Origin: Candidatus Sumerlaeota bacterium
GTDB taxonomy: Bacteria; Sumerlaeota; Sumerlaeia; SLMS01
Direction: 5' to 3'
Assembly (NCBI GenBank): GCA_007133495.1
Contig: SLMS01000002.1
Coordinates: 1-61,247, forward strand
DNA: 61,247 nt
The notes beneath the pieces were generated by a model. That model did no database searches. It was given only the letters and a program-made list of their open reading frames with translations, and was not told the origin of the DNA. Both the position numbers and the translations under genes were made by a program. The first letter of the stretch is position 1. Every line of letters begins with the position of its first letter. Shown here one piece after another: positions 17,624 through 29,610 of this stretch.

Positions 17624-17654
17624 GCCCGGCCGGGGTTGGTTGCTCCGGCCGGGC
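17624..17654 (+). terminator. hairpin after rplL (possible partial terminator/attenuator before rpoB)
   Basis: gcccggccgg (17624-33) pairs with ccggccgggc (17645-54) around an 11-nt loop. There is no clear U-tract. It sits in the position of the known rplL-rpoB attenuator of other bacteria. Confidence 0.4.
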
Positions 17655-17958
17655 GTGCAATCCGTTGCTCATTTCTCCCGGATAGCCCTTGACAGCGGCC
17701 CCGTGAGTGATGGTTTCTCTACCGTTGGAAGGATTCGCCAGTGCCTTCCATCGTCAAAAGGCCAGCCGTTGACCACCTATCGGGCTTACGGACTCGAAAA
17801 TTTCATTTTTCTACCGCAGTGCTACCCATGCCCCACCATGGCGAGGGTGGCTTATCGTCGTTTGAGCTGACCGGCGGGGCAGGATTCTTGCCCCGGGCCG
17901 CACCGTATGCGGCCGCTGGCGCCATTCAATTGTCCCAAATTTGGCAAGGAGGAACCCC

Positions 17959-20900
17959 TTGACAGCCATCACTTCCAGTGCGGGCCGCCTTTCCTTCGCT
18001 CGCATCCCCGAGACGATGGACATGCCGTACCTTCTGGAGACGCAGAAGCAGAGCTATGCGGACTTTCTCCAGTTCGAAGAACAGCCTGACCAGCGCCAGA
18101 TAAAAGGCCTGCAGGAGGTCTTCCGCTCGGTCTTCCCGATCCACCCGCCGGGGGACCCCTCTTCGCTCGAATTCATCGAGTACACCTTCGGCACGCCGAA
18201 GTACACCGTCAAGGAGTGCATCGAGCGGGGGATGACCTTTGCCGCCCCGCTAAAGCTCAAGCTGCAGCTCATTGTCCGCGAGATCAACGAGGACACCGGC
18301 CAGCCGGAGATTCATGACATCAAGGAGCAGGAGGTCTACATGGGGGAGGTTCCCCTGATGACCGACCAGGGCACCTTCATCATCAACGGGGCCGAGCGGG
18401 TCATCGTCTCGCAGCTTCACCGTTCGCCCGGTGTCTCCTTCTCCCGGAACACCCACCCCAACGGCAAGTACACCTACTCGGCCCGGGTCATCCCCTACCG
18501 GGGGGCGTGGGTGGAGTTCGAGATCGACATTTACGGGGTGATGTACGTTATTGTGGACCGGAAGAGGAAGATTCCGGCCACGACGTTCCTGCGCTGCTTC
18601 GGTTATACCGACGATTCGAAGCTGGCGGAGGAGTTCTTCGCCGTGGAGAGTCTGCCGCTGGACGATTTTTCGGGCGGGGCCACCCCGATCGACAATCTCA
18701 GCCAGTTCCTCGGCGTGGAGTTCATCGAGACAATCCGCGACGACCGCGGCAAGAAGGTGGTCGAGAGTGGAGCCAAAGTCACGAAGAAGGCTATCGAGGC
18801 GCTTCGCAACGCCGGCGTGACGAGTGTGCACCTCACCGTGGCCGAGGGCTACGAGCACCTTGTGGGGCGCATCCTGGGAGCGGACGTCATTGACAAGACC
18901 ACGGGTGAAGTACTGGCCGAGACGTGGGAAACGGTCACGACGAGCCTTCTGCGCCGCTGCGGGCGCGCGGGGATCAAGGCGATCAGCCTGATCAAGTTGG
19001 AGAACCCTGATCTGCCGGGGCCGATCCTGAACACGCTGAACAAGGACAAGATCCGGACGCTGGAGGACGCGGTTGTGGAGTTCTTCCGCAAGATGCGTCC
19101 GGGCAACCCGGTGAGCGTGGCCGCCGGAAAGCGGCTCGTGGAAGAGACCTTTTTCAACGACCGGCGTTACGACCTCGGCGCCGTCGGCCGCTACAAGGTG
19201 AACAAGCGCTTTTACCGCGGGACGATGAAGGAGGACAACCTGTCCGAGCGGCTCCTCACCATCGAGGACCTGATCAACGTGATGACGCACCTGGTGCTTC
19301 TGTCCGAGGAGGAAGTCGAGCCGGACGATATCGACCACCTTGGCAACCGGCGCGTGCGGTGCGTGGGCGAGCTGCTGCAGAACCAGATTCGCACCGGGCT
19401 TGCCGACATCGAGAAGACCGCGCGTGAGCGCATGAGCATTGTGGACTTGGAGAACATGCTGCCGCAGAACCTGATCAACGCCAAGCCGCTGGTGACGGCG
19501 GTGCGGGACTTCTTCGGCCGTTCGCAGCTCTCCCAGTTCATGGATCAGACGAATCCGCTTGCGGAGCTGACGCACAAGCGGCGGCTGAGCGCGCTTGGGC
19601 CCGGCGGCCTTTCGCGCGACCGCGCCGGCTTCGAGGTGCGTGACGTCCACCACACCCACTACGGGCGCATCTGCCCGATCGAAACGCCCGAAGGCCCGAA
19701 CATCGGGCTGATCAGCTCGCTGTGCACCTTCGCGCGCATCAACCCCTTCGGTTTCATCGAAACGCCCTACCGGCAGGTGAAGAAGGGCAAGGTTCACAAC
19801 GAGCAGGTGGATTACCTTACGGCGGACGTGGAGGACAACTTCACGATCGCGCAGGCCAACGCACCCCTGAGCGACGACTTCAAGTTCGTGCTCGATACGG
19901 TGCTCTGCGCCAAGCGGGGGGACTTCCCGCGGGTGACGCCGAATGAAGTGGAGTACATGGACGTTTCGCCCAAGCAGCTCGTCTCGGTTTCCGCCGCGCT
20001 CGTGCCCTTCCTGGAGCACGACGACGCGAACCGGGCGCTGATGGGGTCGAACATGCAGCGCCAGGCTGTGCCGCTGATCGTGACCGAATCGCCTCTGGTG
20101 GGCACCGGTATCGAGGAGAAGGTGGCCCGTGACTCGGGCATCTGCGTGATCGCCAAGCGCGGGGGCGTGGCCGAGCATGTTTCCTCCGAGCGGATACTCG
20201 TCCGCACCAGCAGCGGGGAGACCGACACCTACGATCTGTTCAAGTACAAGCGTTCGAATCAGAACACGTGCATGAACCAGCGGCCGATCGTGCGCGAGGG
20301 CACGAAGGTCAAGGCGGGGGACGTGCTGGCGGACGGTCCTGCCACGGAAAAGGGGGAGCTGGCGCTTGGGCGCAACGTCCTTGCGGCCTTCATGAGTTCG
20401 GGGGGGCACAACTTCGAGGACGCGATCCTGCTTTCCGAACGGCTTGTGCACGACGACGTGTTCACCTCGATCCACATCGAGGAGTTCGAAATCGATGCGC
20501 GCGACACCAAGCTCGGCAAGGAGGAGATCACCCGGGATATCCCGAACACCTCGGAGGAGGCGCTGAGCAAGCTCGATGAGAGCGGCTGCGTGTTCATCGG
20601 GGCGGAAGTCAATCCGGGCGACATTCTCGTGGGGAAGGTGACGCCCAAGGGCGAGACGGAGCTTTCCTCCGAGGAGAAGCTGCTGCGGGCGATTTTCGGC
20701 GAGAAGGCGGGCGATGTGCGGGACGCTTCGCTGAAGGTTCCTCCCGGCGCTGGCGGCATTGTGATCGACATCAAGACGTTCAGCCGCAAGGAGCGCGGCC
20801 AAAAGAGCGACCGGGATGACAAGTCCCGCATCGCGCAGGCGGAAGCCACGCGGCAGGCGGACCGGGAGGCACTCTGGGCCGAGTTCGACGAACGGCTGAG

Positions 20901-22239
20901 CAAAATCCTAACGAAGATAGAGAAGGATATCGTCAACTTCGAGACCGGGCAGGTCGAGCTTCGCCCCGGCCAGAAGCCCACTCCCGAATCCGTGTCCTAC
21001 GTGCGGCACTCTCTGGATACCGGGATGCTTCCGGTGGACGGAAAGGTGGGCCAGGAAATCAAGGCGCTGTACCAGGAAGTGCGTGGGCGCGAGATGGAGA
21101 TCGAGGACCGGGCGAAGAACACCGTTGACCGGATCAAGACGGGGGACGAGCTGCCCCCGGGGGTGATCAAGCTGGTGAAGGTGTACGTTGCCTCCAAGCG
21201 CAAGGTCTCGGTGGGGGACAAGATGGCCGGCCGGCACGGCAACAAGGGCGTGGTGGCGAAGATTCTCCCAATGGAGGATATGCCGTTCCTCGCGGACGGG
21301 ACGCCGGTGGATATCGTGCTCAACCCTCTCGGGGTTCCCTCGCGCATGAACGTGGGGCAGCTTCTGGAGACGCACCTTGGCTGGGCGTGCCACGAACTCG
21401 GCAAGCAGGCGGGACATATTCTCAGCCAGCAGGGCATTGAGGCGGCCCGCCGGCAGATGGAGAGCGTCTTCGCCCCGCCCGACACCGTAAAGGAACGCTA
21501 CAAGGAGTGCGAGTTCTGGAACGAGCACAAACGCATCAAGAAGATGGACGACAAGGAGCTTGAGGAGTACATCCGCGAGCGAGTGAACGGTTTCAAGCTG
21601 GCCACGCCGGTGTTCGACGGCACCAAGGAGGAGGAGCTTTGGGACCTCCTGAATATGGCCAACCTGCCGGAGGACGGGCAGGCGTTGCTCTATGACGGCA
21701 CGACCGGTGAGCCGTTCGACCGGAAGGTCACCGTCGGGATGATCTATACGCTGAAGCTGGCGCACCTTGTGGACGACAAGATGCACGCCCGGTCGATCGG
21801 GCCGTACTCGCTGGTGACGCAGCAGCCGCTCGGCGGCAAGGCACAGTTCGGCGGCCAGCGCTTCGGGGAGATGGAAGTCTGGGCGCTCGAAGCCTACGGT
21901 TCCGCCTATACGCTGCAGGAGCTGCTGACCGTGAAGTCCGACGACGTTACGGGCCGGACGAAGATATACGAGTCCATCGTCAAGGGGCAGAACTCCCTGG
22001 CACCGGGTATTCCCGAGTCCTTCAATGTTCTCATCAAGGAACTCCAGTCGCTCTGCCTGAACATGGAGTTGCTGGTGGACGAGGGCGAGACCGGGGAGAT
22101 ACTCGACTATATGGACCTTGAGAGCGTGGCGGAGGACGATTCGTTCCTCGACGACGACGATTTCGCCTACGATACGGACGAGGTGGAGTCCACACCGATG
22201 AGGCCCGTTTCCACCGACGACGACGACGACGAGCAGTAA
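17959..22239 (+). CDS. rpoB: DNA-directed RNA polymerase subunit beta
   Basis: Canonical beta sequence throughout ([21 protein letters not shown]). The listed ORF starts at TTG 17941. I prefer TTG 17959, which sits 6 nt after aaggagg. The start remains uncertain. Confidence 0.95.
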   Translation: MTAITSSAGRLSFARIPETMDMPYLLETQKQSYADFLQFEEQPDQRQIKGLQEVFRSVFPIHPPGDPSSLEFIEYTFGTPKYTVKECIERGMTFAAPLKLKLQLIVREINEDTGQPEIHDIKEQEVYMGEVPLMTDQGTFIINGAERVIVSQLHRSPGVSFSRNTHPNGKYTYSARVIPYRGAWVEFEIDIYGVMYVIVDRKRKIPATTFLRCFGYTDDSKLAEEFFAVESLPLDDFSGGATPIDNLSQFLGVEFIETIRDDRGKKVVESGAKVTKKAIEALRNAGVTSVHLTVAEGYEHLVGRILGADVIDKTTGEVLAETWETVTTSLLRRCGRAGIKAISLIKLENPDLPGPILNTLNKDKIRTLEDAVVEFFRKMRPGNPVSVAAGKRLVEETFFNDRRYDLGAVGRYKVNKRFYRGTMKEDNLSERLLTIEDLINVMTHLVLLSEEEVEPDDIDHLGNRRVRCVGELLQNQIRTGLADIEKTARERMSIVDLENMLPQNLINAKPLVTAVRDFFGRSQLSQFMDQTNPLAELTHKRRLSALGPGGLSRDRAGFEVRDVHHTHYGRICPIETPEGPNIGLISSLCTFARINPFGFIETPYRQVKKGKVHNEQVDYLTADVEDNFTIAQANAPLSDDFKFVLDTVLCAKRGDFPRVTPNEVEYMDVSPKQLVSVSAALVPFLEHDDANRALMGSNMQRQAVPLIVTESPLVGTGIEEKVARDSGICVIAKRGGVAEHVSSERILVRTSSGETDTYDLFKYKRSNQNTCMNQRPIVREGTKVKAGDVLADGPATEKGELALGRNVLAAFMSSGGHNFEDAILLSERLVHDDVFTSIHIEEFEIDARDTKLGKEEITRDIPNTSEEALSKLDESGCVFIGAEVNPGDILVGKVTPKGETELSSEEKLLRAIFGEKAGDVRDASLKVPPGAGGIVIDIKTFSRKERGQKSDRDDKSRIAQAEATRQADREALWAEFDERLSKILTKIEKDIVNFETGQVELRPGQKPTPESVSYVRHSLDTGMLPVDGKVGQEIKALYQEVRGREMEIEDRAKNTVDRIKTGDELPPGVIKLVKVYVASKRKVSVGDKMAGRHGNKGVVAKILPMEDMPFLADGTPVDIVLNPLGVPSRMNVGQLLETHLGWACHELGKQAGHILSQQGIEAARRQMESVFAPPDTVKERYKECEFWNEHKRIKKMDDKELEEYIRERVNGFKLATPVFDGTKEEELWDLLNMANLPEDGQALLYDGTTGEPFDRKVTVGMIYTLKLAHLVDDKMHARSIGPYSLVTQQPLGGKAQFGGQRFGEMEVWALEAYGSAYTLQELLTVKSDDVTGRTKIYESIVKGQNSLAPGIPESFNVLIKELQSLCLNMELLVDEGETGEILDYMDLESVAEDDSFLDDDDFAYDTDEVESTPMRPVSTDDDDDEQ

Positions 22240-22324
22240 CCGCCAAGCAATCACCGGGCTCCGCCAGGGCGCGGAGCCCGCGGAACCCTCGAAGACTCAG
22301 CTTATCAAAAGGGGTAACTTTTCC

Positions 22325-25300
22325 ATGGCGATCGATGCCGGCAGGGACTCCATGAGCGCGGCTCAGGAAACAAACGGCAAGTACCGGGTTTATCAGGTCG
22401 GCAAAGAGGGGGAGATGGAGGGCGTTGACCTCAACAACGTCAACGCGGTGGCACGTATATCCATCGCCTCTCCCGACCAGATTCTGGACTGGTGCCGGCG
22501 CAACCGCAAGGGCCGGACCCAGATGCCCGGTATGGGTGCCGATTTGGACGACCAGGACGGGTTGGCGTTCGGCGAGGTCAAGAAGCCCGAGACGATCAAC
22601 TACCGGACCTTCAAGCCGGAGAAGGAGGGCCTCTTCTGCGAGCGCATCTTCGGCCCGACGAAGGACTGGGAGTGCTCGTGCGGGAAGTACAAGCGCATCA
22701 AGTACAAGGGCATCATCTGCGACCGCTGCGGCGTCGAGGTCACCGAGGCGAAGGTGCGCCGCGTGCGCATGGGCTATATCAAGCTGGCGGCCCCCGTCTG
22801 CCATATCTGGTTCTATAAGGGGACCAGCTCGAAGATCAGCAACCTGCTGGACGTCAGCGTCCGCGACCTCGGCAAGGTGATCTACTTCCAGGAGTACATC
22901 ATCGTCGAGGCGGACCAGGAGACAGGGCTCAAGCCAAAGGAAATCATCCCGGAGGACGTGGCCCGCAAGTACAAGGAGCAGTACGGCGACAAGGTCAAAA
23001 TCATGATCGGCGCCGAGGCGGTGCAGGAACTGCTCAAGCAGATAGACATCGAGGATTTGGCGAACCAGCTTCAGGTGGAGATGCGGGAGGCCACCTCGGC
23101 GCAGAAGCGGACGAAGATCATCAAGCGCCTGCGGGTGGTGGAGGCGTTCCGCGGATCGCCCAACAAGCCCGAGTACATGGTGCTGGAGGTGCTTCCGGTG
23201 ATTCCGCCGGACCTGCGGCCGCTCGTCCATCTCGACGGGGGGCGCTTCGCCACTTCGGACCTTAACGACCTCTATCGCCGGGTGATCAACCGGAACAACC
23301 GGCTCAAGAAACTGATCGAGCTGCGGGCCCCCGACGTCATTCTGCGCAACGAGAAGCGCATGCTGCAGGAGTCGGTGGACGCGCTGTTTGACAACAGCCG
23401 GCGCAGCCGGCCCACCAAGGGGCACAACAACCGCCCGCTCAAGTCGCTCTCGGACATGCTCAAGGGCAAGCAGGGGCGTTTCCGGCAGAACCTGCTGGGC
23501 AAGCGGGTGGACTATTCGGGCCGCTCGGTGATCGTGGTCGGGCCGGAACTCGGCTTCAATGAATGCGGGCTGCCCAAGAAGATGGCGCTCGAGCTGTTCG
23601 ACCCGTTCATCATCCGGGAACTCGAGCGGCGGGGGCACTGCAACACGATCAAGTCGGCGAAGAAGATGATCGAGCGCGAGGAGCCGGTCGTTTACGACAT
23701 CCTCGACGACGTCATCAAGGACCACCCCGTCCTGCTCAACCGCGCGCCGACGCTCCACCGGCTGGGCATCCAGGCTTTCATGCCGAAGCTGGTGGAAGGG
23801 AAGGCGATCCGGCTCCACCCGCTTAGCTGTGCGGCCTTTAACGCGGACTTTGACGGCGACCAGATGGCCGTGCACGTGCCGCTTTCGGTGGAGGCGCGGC
23901 TGGAGGCGAAGCTGCTGATGCTGGCGGAGAACAACGTGCTCTCGCCCGCTCACGGCCGGCCGATCGCCACCCCCTCGCAGGACATTGTTCTCGGCTGCTT
24001 CTACCTGACGAAGCTCCGCCACAAGAACGTGGCCGGGGAGTACGTGGAGGTGCGCAGCGACAAGAAGGGCAAGGTTCACGAGCTCAACCGCCCGCGGCTG
24101 AAGGAGCTGATCAGGAAGCTGGGCAAGGAGGAGTTCGAGGAGCAGTACAAGCTGATCGGCCGCAAGGGTGTGTACGCCTCGCCGGAGGAGGCACTTACGG
24201 CGCACCAGCACAACCGGCTCAGCCTGCACGCGGAAATCCTTGTCCGGTTTCGCAACTACCGGAACACGGGCGAGACGCGCTACGTCTATACGAGCGCGGG
24301 CCGGCTTATCTTCGCCAACGTTCTGCCGAAGGAGGTGGACTACATCGAGCTGGCCAACGAGGTGATGAGCAAGAAGGCCCTCGGTGCGGTGATTTCCTCG
24401 GTGCATGAGGCGACGGGCAATAAGGTCACCGCCCAGGTACTCGACGATATCAAGAACCTCGGCTTCCAGTACGCCAAGCGCGGGGGGATTTCGATCGGGA
24501 TCAAGGATATGCTGATCCCGGAAAACAAGCAGGAGATCATCAGGCGGGCCACCGAGAAGGCTGACAAGGAGCGCGAGCAGTTCCGCTCGGGCAACATCAC
24601 CGACCAGGAGCGCTACGCGAACATCATCAGTGCCTGGACGCAGGCCACCGACGATATCACCGCCCGGCTGATGGAACAGCTGGAGGTCGATCAGGATGGC
24701 TTCAACCCCATCCACATCATGCAGTACTCGGGCGCGCGTGGTAACCGCGACCAGATCCGCCAGCTCGCCGGGATGCGTGGGCAGATGACGCGCCCGACGA
24801 AGAAGCTCACCGGCGCGATGGGCGAGATCATCGAGCAGCCGATCCTCTCGAATTTCCGTGAGGGGCTCACCGTGATTGAGTACTTCATCTCCACCCACGG
24901 TGCGCGGAAGGGTCTGGCCGATACGGCGCTGAAGACCTCCGACGCCGGGTACCTTACGCGCCGGCTGTGCGACGTGGCCCAGGACCTCATCATTACCGAG
25001 GACGACTGCGGCACGCAGAACGGTATCGTCGTGGCCGCGGTGACCGACGTGGATACGCGCGGGGAAAAGGTGCTTGAGCCGCTGCGGGCGCGTATTACGG
25101 GCCGTACGCCGGTGGAGGACGTTGTCCATCCGCACAATGGAAAGGTCATCGTGCGGCGTAGTGAGGAAATCACCGAGGAGATCGCGCGCGAGATCGAGGA
25201 TGCGGGCATGGAGTGGCTGGAAATCCGCTCGGTGCTCACGTGCCAGACGCGGCGGGGCATCTGCCGGCGCTGTTACGGCCGGAACCTCGGGACCGGGCGC

Positions 25301-26722
25301 ATGGTGGACCTTGGCGAGGCGGTGGGGATCATCGCCGCCCAGTCCATCGGCGAGCCGGGCACGCAGCTCACCCTGCGGACGTTCCACACCGGCGGGGTCT
25401 CCTCCAGCGTCGTGGAGGGCTACTTCCAGGCCGAACGGCCCGGAACCGTGCGCTTCAAGGGCCTCAAGGTCATGGAGACCGGGGCCGGTGAGCTGATCGT
25501 CGTCAACCGTTCCGGCTCGATCAGGGTCGTGGACAAGGATGACAACGAACTGCAGACGATGCCGAACATCCCGTACGGTTCGAAGCTGAACAAGAACGAT
25601 GGGGACAGCGTGGCCAAGGGCGAGCGGCTGGTGGAGTGGGACTCCAACTCGACTCCGATCCTTGCCGAAATGGCGGGAACGCTCGTTTACGAGGACATCA
25701 TCGAAGGGGTCACCGTCCGCGTCGATTACGACGAGGAAAAGGGGAGCTCCATGGCCACCGTCATGGAGCACCGCGAGGAGCGCCACCCCAAGTTGAGCAT
25801 CGTGGATGACGATGGGAACGAGATGAGTTCGTACTCGCTCTCCTCGGGAACGATTCTCAGCCGCGATGCCCGTCCGGGCGAGAAGGTCTATCGCGGGCAG
25901 GTGCTGGCGCGCGTGCCGCGCCTGCGGCGCAAGAGCCGCGACATCACCGGCGGCCTGCCGCGGGTGGACGAGCTGTTCGAGGCGCGCAAACCCAAGGAGG
26001 TGGCCTTCATCGCGGACATCTCCGGGAAGTTCGAAATCCGAGGCATTGCCAAGGGGATGCGCAAGTGCGCCATCGTGGCGGAAAACGGCGAGGAACGCAC
26101 CTACTCCATCCCGCTCAACCGTAACTTCCTCGTGCGGGACAACGAGCAGGTCAGCGTGGGAGACCAGCTCACCGACGGGTCGCTCTCTCCGCATGACGTG
26201 CTCAGCGTGAAGGGCGAGAAGGCCGTCATGCAGTTCCTGCTCCAGGAGATCCAGGAAGTTTACCGGCTGCAGGGCGTCGGCATTAACGACAAGCACATCG
26301 AGGCGATCGTGCGCCAGATGCTCAAGAAGGTGGTCATCGAGGAGCCGGGCAACACGCGCTTCCTCTATGGCCAGCCGGTGGACAAGTGGTTGTTCCAGGA
26401 GGAGAACGAGCGGGTGGTGGCCAACGGCGGTGAGCCTGCCGTGGGCAAGCCGAAGCTCCTGGGCCTGACGAAGGCCTCGCTGGAAACCGAGAGCTTCATT
26501 TCGGCGGCCAGCTTCCAGGAGACCACGCGGGTGCTGACCGACGCGGCGATCCGCGGGCGGAAGGATTACCTGCGTGGGCTGAAGGAGAACGTCATCATGG
26601 GGCTGCTCATTCCGGCCGGCACGGGGCTGCCGCGCTACCGCAGCCTGCACGTTACCCGCAAGGGCGAGAACGTGCGCCAGGAGGAAAGCGAAGAGCAGGA
26701 GCAGGAAGTGACCCCGTCCTGA
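22325..26722 (+). CDS. rpoC: DNA-directed RNA polymerase subunit beta'
   Basis: Zn-finger [23 protein letters not shown], catalytic [12 protein letters not shown], plus trigger loop and other regions. The exact start is uncertain, because several in-frame Met lie in the first 30 codons. Confidence 0.95.
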   Translation: MAIDAGRDSMSAAQETNGKYRVYQVGKEGEMEGVDLNNVNAVARISIASPDQILDWCRRNRKGRTQMPGMGADLDDQDGLAFGEVKKPETINYRTFKPEKEGLFCERIFGPTKDWECSCGKYKRIKYKGIICDRCGVEVTEAKVRRVRMGYIKLAAPVCHIWFYKGTSSKISNLLDVSVRDLGKVIYFQEYIIVEADQETGLKPKEIIPEDVARKYKEQYGDKVKIMIGAEAVQELLKQIDIEDLANQLQVEMREATSAQKRTKIIKRLRVVEAFRGSPNKPEYMVLEVLPVIPPDLRPLVHLDGGRFATSDLNDLYRRVINRNNRLKKLIELRAPDVILRNEKRMLQESVDALFDNSRRSRPTKGHNNRPLKSLSDMLKGKQGRFRQNLLGKRVDYSGRSVIVVGPELGFNECGLPKKMALELFDPFIIRELERRGHCNTIKSAKKMIEREEPVVYDILDDVIKDHPVLLNRAPTLHRLGIQAFMPKLVEGKAIRLHPLSCAAFNADFDGDQMAVHVPLSVEARLEAKLLMLAENNVLSPAHGRPIATPSQDIVLGCFYLTKLRHKNVAGEYVEVRSDKKGKVHELNRPRLKELIRKLGKEEFEEQYKLIGRKGVYASPEEALTAHQHNRLSLHAEILVRFRNYRNTGETRYVYTSAGRLIFANVLPKEVDYIELANEVMSKKALGAVISSVHEATGNKVTAQVLDDIKNLGFQYAKRGGISIGIKDMLIPENKQEIIRRATEKADKEREQFRSGNITDQERYANIISAWTQATDDITARLMEQLEVDQDGFNPIHIMQYSGARGNRDQIRQLAGMRGQMTRPTKKLTGAMGEIIEQPILSNFREGLTVIEYFISTHGARKGLADTALKTSDAGYLTRRLCDVAQDLIITEDDCGTQNGIVVAAVTDVDTRGEKVLEPLRARITGRTPVEDVVHPHNGKVIVRRSEEITEEIAREIEDAGMEWLEIRSVLTCQTRRGICRRCYGRNLGTGRMVDLGEAVGIIAAQSIGEPGTQLTLRTFHTGGVSSSVVEGYFQAERPGTVRFKGLKVMETGAGELIVVNRSGSIRVVDKDDNELQTMPNIPYGSKLNKNDGDSVAKGERLVEWDSNSTPILAEMAGTLVYEDIIEGVTVRVDYDEEKGSSMATVMEHREERHPKLSIVDDDGNEMSSYSLSSGTILSRDARPGEKVYRGQVLARVPRLRRKSRDITGGLPRVDELFEARKPKEVAFIADISGKFEIRGIAKGMRKCAIVAENGEERTYSIPLNRNFLVRDNEQVSVGDQLTDGSLSPHDVLSVKGEKAVMQFLLQEIQEVYRLQGVGINDKHIEAIVRQMLKKVVIEEPGNTRFLYGQPVDKWLFQEENERVVANGGEPAVGKPKLLGLTKASLETESFISAASFQETTRVLTDAAIRGRKDYLRGLKENVIMGLLIPAGTGLPRYRSLHVTRKGENVRQEESEEQEQEVTPS

Positions 26723-26728
26723 CGGTCC

Positions 26729-26799
26729 CCTGCGGACAGGAAGCAACCCGGAACCCGGCGCACCCCTTGCGGCTCGCCGGGTTCCGGTCTTTGTCCGCA
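26729..26799 (+). terminator. two-tier hairpin terminator after rpoC
   Basis: The outer stem pairs ctgcggaca (26729-37) with tgtccgcag (26791-99). The inner perfect 13-bp stem pairs ccggaacccggcg (26747-59) with cgccgggttccgg (26774-86), followed by tcttt. Confidence 0.6.
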
Positions 26800-26938
26800 G
26801 CGGGGAAAAAGGCGTCTTGATCGGCGTGGCCGGTTGACTGCAAGGTGCCCCGTGCCGCGGAAAAGTCCCTGCACCGCCTCCCCGCCATGAACTCGAACGG
26901 CGCGCGGCGGCAGGAGTCCCACCCACCCCGAGTCGTCC

Positions 26939-28135
26939 ATGGCCCGTCATCCCTCACCTTTCGACCACCAGTTCAACAAGCTTCTTGTGCTCCACCGGCG
27001 TGGCGAGGCGGAGGAGCTTTTCACCGAACTGCTGCGCCACGGCCACTCCATCTGCAACCCGCTCGCGGACTTTCTCCTGAAGCACCCCGGTGCTCCGGAG
27101 CTGTCTATCTTGATAGACCTTCTGTCCAAGTGCATGGACGACCGGGCGGTGCCGCTCCTGATGCGATTCCTGGATTCCGGCATCGCGGAACTGCGCCGGG
27201 CCGCGGCCAACGGGCTCGGCTGGCACCGCGCCCGTGTGGCGCTGGAGGCGCTGGACGAACTCGAAGGGACTGACCCCGACAACGATGTCCGCCTCGAAGC
27301 CCGTCTGGCGATTGACGAGATTCTGCGGGACTTCCCAAAGCTCCGCAGTCTCCTCCACTACCACGAGCCGATGAACCGGCCGCAGGCCGCCATCGCCGGC
27401 GAGCACGAACGCATCCCGGGAGCCACCACCCGGCCCGACTCTGAACAGCGGCTCGAACTCATCCGCTGCCTGCCGCGCCTTCTCGCCCTGAAGTACAACG
27501 CCGTGCCCATCCACGTCTCGCCCGCCAAGCTGCTCCACCTCGGGGTGCCGAGCGGCAGCGAGAAGCGGCTCGTGGAGCCGCTCTCCACCCTGACGGGCCG
27601 TTCCGTTCAGTTGCACAGTTGGACGCGCGAGCGCATCCGTCAGGCCATCGAGGAGTTGTACTCGCTTGGGGACGACGATTTTTGCACCTTCCATCAGGAG
27701 TTGACGCCCGGGGCGCGCGACGAGGTGGTGGAGGCGGTGCTTGCGGGCGTCCGTCCCGCAGAGCCCGCCAGCCCGCTGGCCGAAACGAGCGACGCGGTGG
27801 AGGCCGTGCAGGCGTTCCTCACAAGCTGCGAGTGCATGAAGCTGGATGAGGTGGATATCCGTTACGCTCCGCCGGAGATGACCCTGGAAGGCAGGCGCGC
27901 GGACGGGAGCGTCTATACGCTGGACGCGCCACCGGAGGGGCACCGCGAGCGCTTCCTCTCCGCCCTGCGGATCGTGGCGCGCCTCGAGCCCGGTGCCGGA
28001 CTCGAACACCAGCGTGGCGGCGTCATCCGCTGCTGCCAACACGCGCCGCACTTCACGGCTCATGTGGAGGCGTTGAAGGCCCTGGAGGGGGAGACGCTCC
28101 GGGTGCGCCTGGAGCGCCCGGCCCTGGAGGCCTGA
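26939..28135 (+). CDS. HEAT-repeat protein fused to GspE-type N-terminal (T2SSE_N-like and N2-like) domains, no ATPase domain
   Basis: The N-terminus has HEAT-like helical repeats (AVPLLMRFLDSGIAELRRAAANGLG...DNDVRLEARLAIDE). The middle (RCLPRLLALKYNAVPIHVSPAKLLHLGVPS...VQLHSWTRERIRQAIEELY) resembles T2SSE_N. There is no Walker A. Confidence 0.55.
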   Translation: MARHPSPFDHQFNKLLVLHRRGEAEELFTELLRHGHSICNPLADFLLKHPGAPELSILIDLLSKCMDDRAVPLLMRFLDSGIAELRRAAANGLGWHRARVALEALDELEGTDPDNDVRLEARLAIDEILRDFPKLRSLLHYHEPMNRPQAAIAGEHERIPGATTRPDSEQRLELIRCLPRLLALKYNAVPIHVSPAKLLHLGVPSGSEKRLVEPLSTLTGRSVQLHSWTRERIRQAIEELYSLGDDDFCTFHQELTPGARDEVVEAVLAGVRPAEPASPLAETSDAVEAVQAFLTSCECMKLDEVDIRYAPPEMTLEGRRADGSVYTLDAPPEGHRERFLSALRIVARLEPGAGLEHQRGGVIRCCQHAPHFTAHVEALKALEGETLRVRLERPALEA

Positions 28136-28265
28136 GCGGACCGCTCCAATACTGCTTGAGCCGCGGCACCCATTACCCTGTGAAATAGGCCCATGGGTTA
28201 TCCGGGAAGGTGACCGGTCTTCCTGCGGGAGGCGCTGCCGCCTCCCCAGCCTCAGTGAGGAGGGT

Positions 28266-29141
28266 ATGAGCATGAAGTGCTTGCTTGTGGTGGCGATGGC
28301 GGCGGTGGTCGCGGGTGCGGGGTGCGCGAGGCTTCCAGCCGGAGCGCAGGACCCGGAGGATTTGCGCGCCGAGCGTGTGCGCGTCATCGAGTCCATGCCG
28401 GTTACACGCCCGGCCAGCGATTTCGACTGGTCGCACAACGCCATCATCCGCGGGTCACGGGACGAGCCGGTCATCGCCCTGATGTTCACGGGCGGCTCCT
28501 GGGGTGACGGAACGATGTTCATCCTGGACGAGCTGGCCGAACGTGGCATCAAGGGGGCATTCTACTTTACGGGCGAATTTTTCGCCAACCCCGAGTTCCG
28601 CCCCGCGATCGAACGCATGGTGCGGGAGGGGCACCTGCTGGGCCCGCACGGTTACGCACACCTGCTCTACGCGCCATGGGAGGACAGGAGCCAGACGCTC
28701 GTGACGCGGGAGGAATTCGTCGATGATCTTCGCATGAACATCGAGGACGTCGCGCGTTTCGGTGTTCCCCGCGAGGAGATCGTCTGGTGGGTGCCGCCCT
28801 ACGAGTGGTACAATGAGGAGATCGTGGAGTGGTCGCTCGCGGAGGGTATGCGCCTGCACAATTACTCTCCCGGCACACTCTCCCACGCCGACTATACGAC
28901 TGCCGACGCGGCGAACTATCGTGATTCGGACACGATTTTCGACAGCATCATCGATTTCGAACAAAGTGAGGAGGATGGCCTGAACGGCTTCCTTCTCTTT
29001 ACCCATGTGGGGGCGAGCCCCGCCCGGCCGGACCCGTTTCACTACCGTCTGCCGGAGTTGCTGGATTACCTGGAGGAGCAGGGGTACAGCTTTGTGCGGG
29101 TGGATGAGCTGCTCGAAGGAGCGCCGCTCCTTCCGGAATAG
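28266..29141 (+). CDS. polysaccharide deacetylase-family lipoprotein
   Basis: A lipobox-like signal (AVVAGAGC). The NodB-homology-like body includes ALMFTGGSWGDG, GIKGAFYFTG and LLGPHGYAH. Confidence 0.6.
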   Translation: MSMKCLLVVAMAAVVAGAGCARLPAGAQDPEDLRAERVRVIESMPVTRPASDFDWSHNAIIRGSRDEPVIALMFTGGSWGDGTMFILDELAERGIKGAFYFTGEFFANPEFRPAIERMVREGHLLGPHGYAHLLYAPWEDRSQTLVTREEFVDDLRMNIEDVARFGVPREEIVWWVPPYEWYNEEIVEWSLAEGMRLHNYSPGTLSHADYTTADAANYRDSDTIFDSIIDFEQSEEDGLNGFLLFTHVGASPARPDPFHYRLPELLDYLEEQGYSFVRVDELLEGAPLLPE

Positions 29142-29180
29142 CAGCGTATAGACACGGAGACCGCCTCCCGAAGGGAGCTG

Positions 29181-29576
29181 ATGAACATGTTTTGCAGCCA
29201 ATGCGGAGCTTTGAACCCTGAGAACGCAGTGAATTGCACGCACTGCGGGATGCCGCTGTCCGCCCAGAGTGGGCAGTATCCGGCGCAGGCGCAGCCTCAG
29301 CCGCAGTTCGTTCCTCAGCAGACATCAGGCCTGGCGATCGGTTCGCTGATCGCCTCCGTTGTTGGCCTGGTCATCTGCCTCTTTGTGGGGCAGATCATCG
29401 GGATCATACTGGGGCACATGGCGCGGAAGGAAATCCGCGAGTCCGGCGGCCGGCTCGGCGGCGAAGGGCTGGCCACGGCCGGCATCATCGTCGGCTGGGT
29501 TGGCATCGGGTTCGACGTGCTCGTCGTGATCTGCTACGGCTTTGTGTTCGCGGCGGGCATCGCCGGTGGACTGTGA
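29181..29576 (+). CDS. zinc-ribbon plus DUF4190 membrane protein
   Basis: N-terminal ribbon CSQCG...CTHCG, a Gln/Pro linker, then two TM helices with the DUF4190-like IILGHMARKEI motif. Confidence 0.7.
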   Translation: MNMFCSQCGALNPENAVNCTHCGMPLSAQSGQYPAQAQPQPQFVPQQTSGLAIGSLIASVVGLVICLFVGQIIGIILGHMARKEIRESGGRLGGEGLATAGIIVGWVGIGFDVLVVICYGFVFAAGIAGGL

Positions 29577-29610
29577 CGCGCTGCCCGCCGTCCAGACATG
29601 CCGTTTTTGT

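Noticed and set aside
17941-26722. The extra length of RpoB (1432 aa) and RpoC (1465 aa) considered as possible inteins or mobile insertions.
   Set aside because: There are no intein splicing motifs (no Cys/Ser...HN-Cys junction blocks) and no homing-endonuclease motifs. The extra length is distributed over several short lineage-type insertions and an acidic tail.
22034-26950. A 1638-aa stop-free ORF on the minus strand covering all of rpoC, plus similar 850-aa and 448-aa ORFs opposite rpoB at 18250..20802 and 20908..22254.
   Set aside because: These ORFs are in exact codon register with the sense genes (22325-22034 = 291 and 18250-17941 = 309, both multiples of 3). Antisense stops TAA/TAG/TGA therefore correspond to sense TTA/CTA/TCA codons. 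This GC-rich, highly expressed gene never uses those codons in rpoC and uses them only rarely in rpoB. The translations are Arg/Gly/Ala/Pro/Leu-rich with no recognisable motifs. They are shadow ORFs produced by codon bias, not genes.
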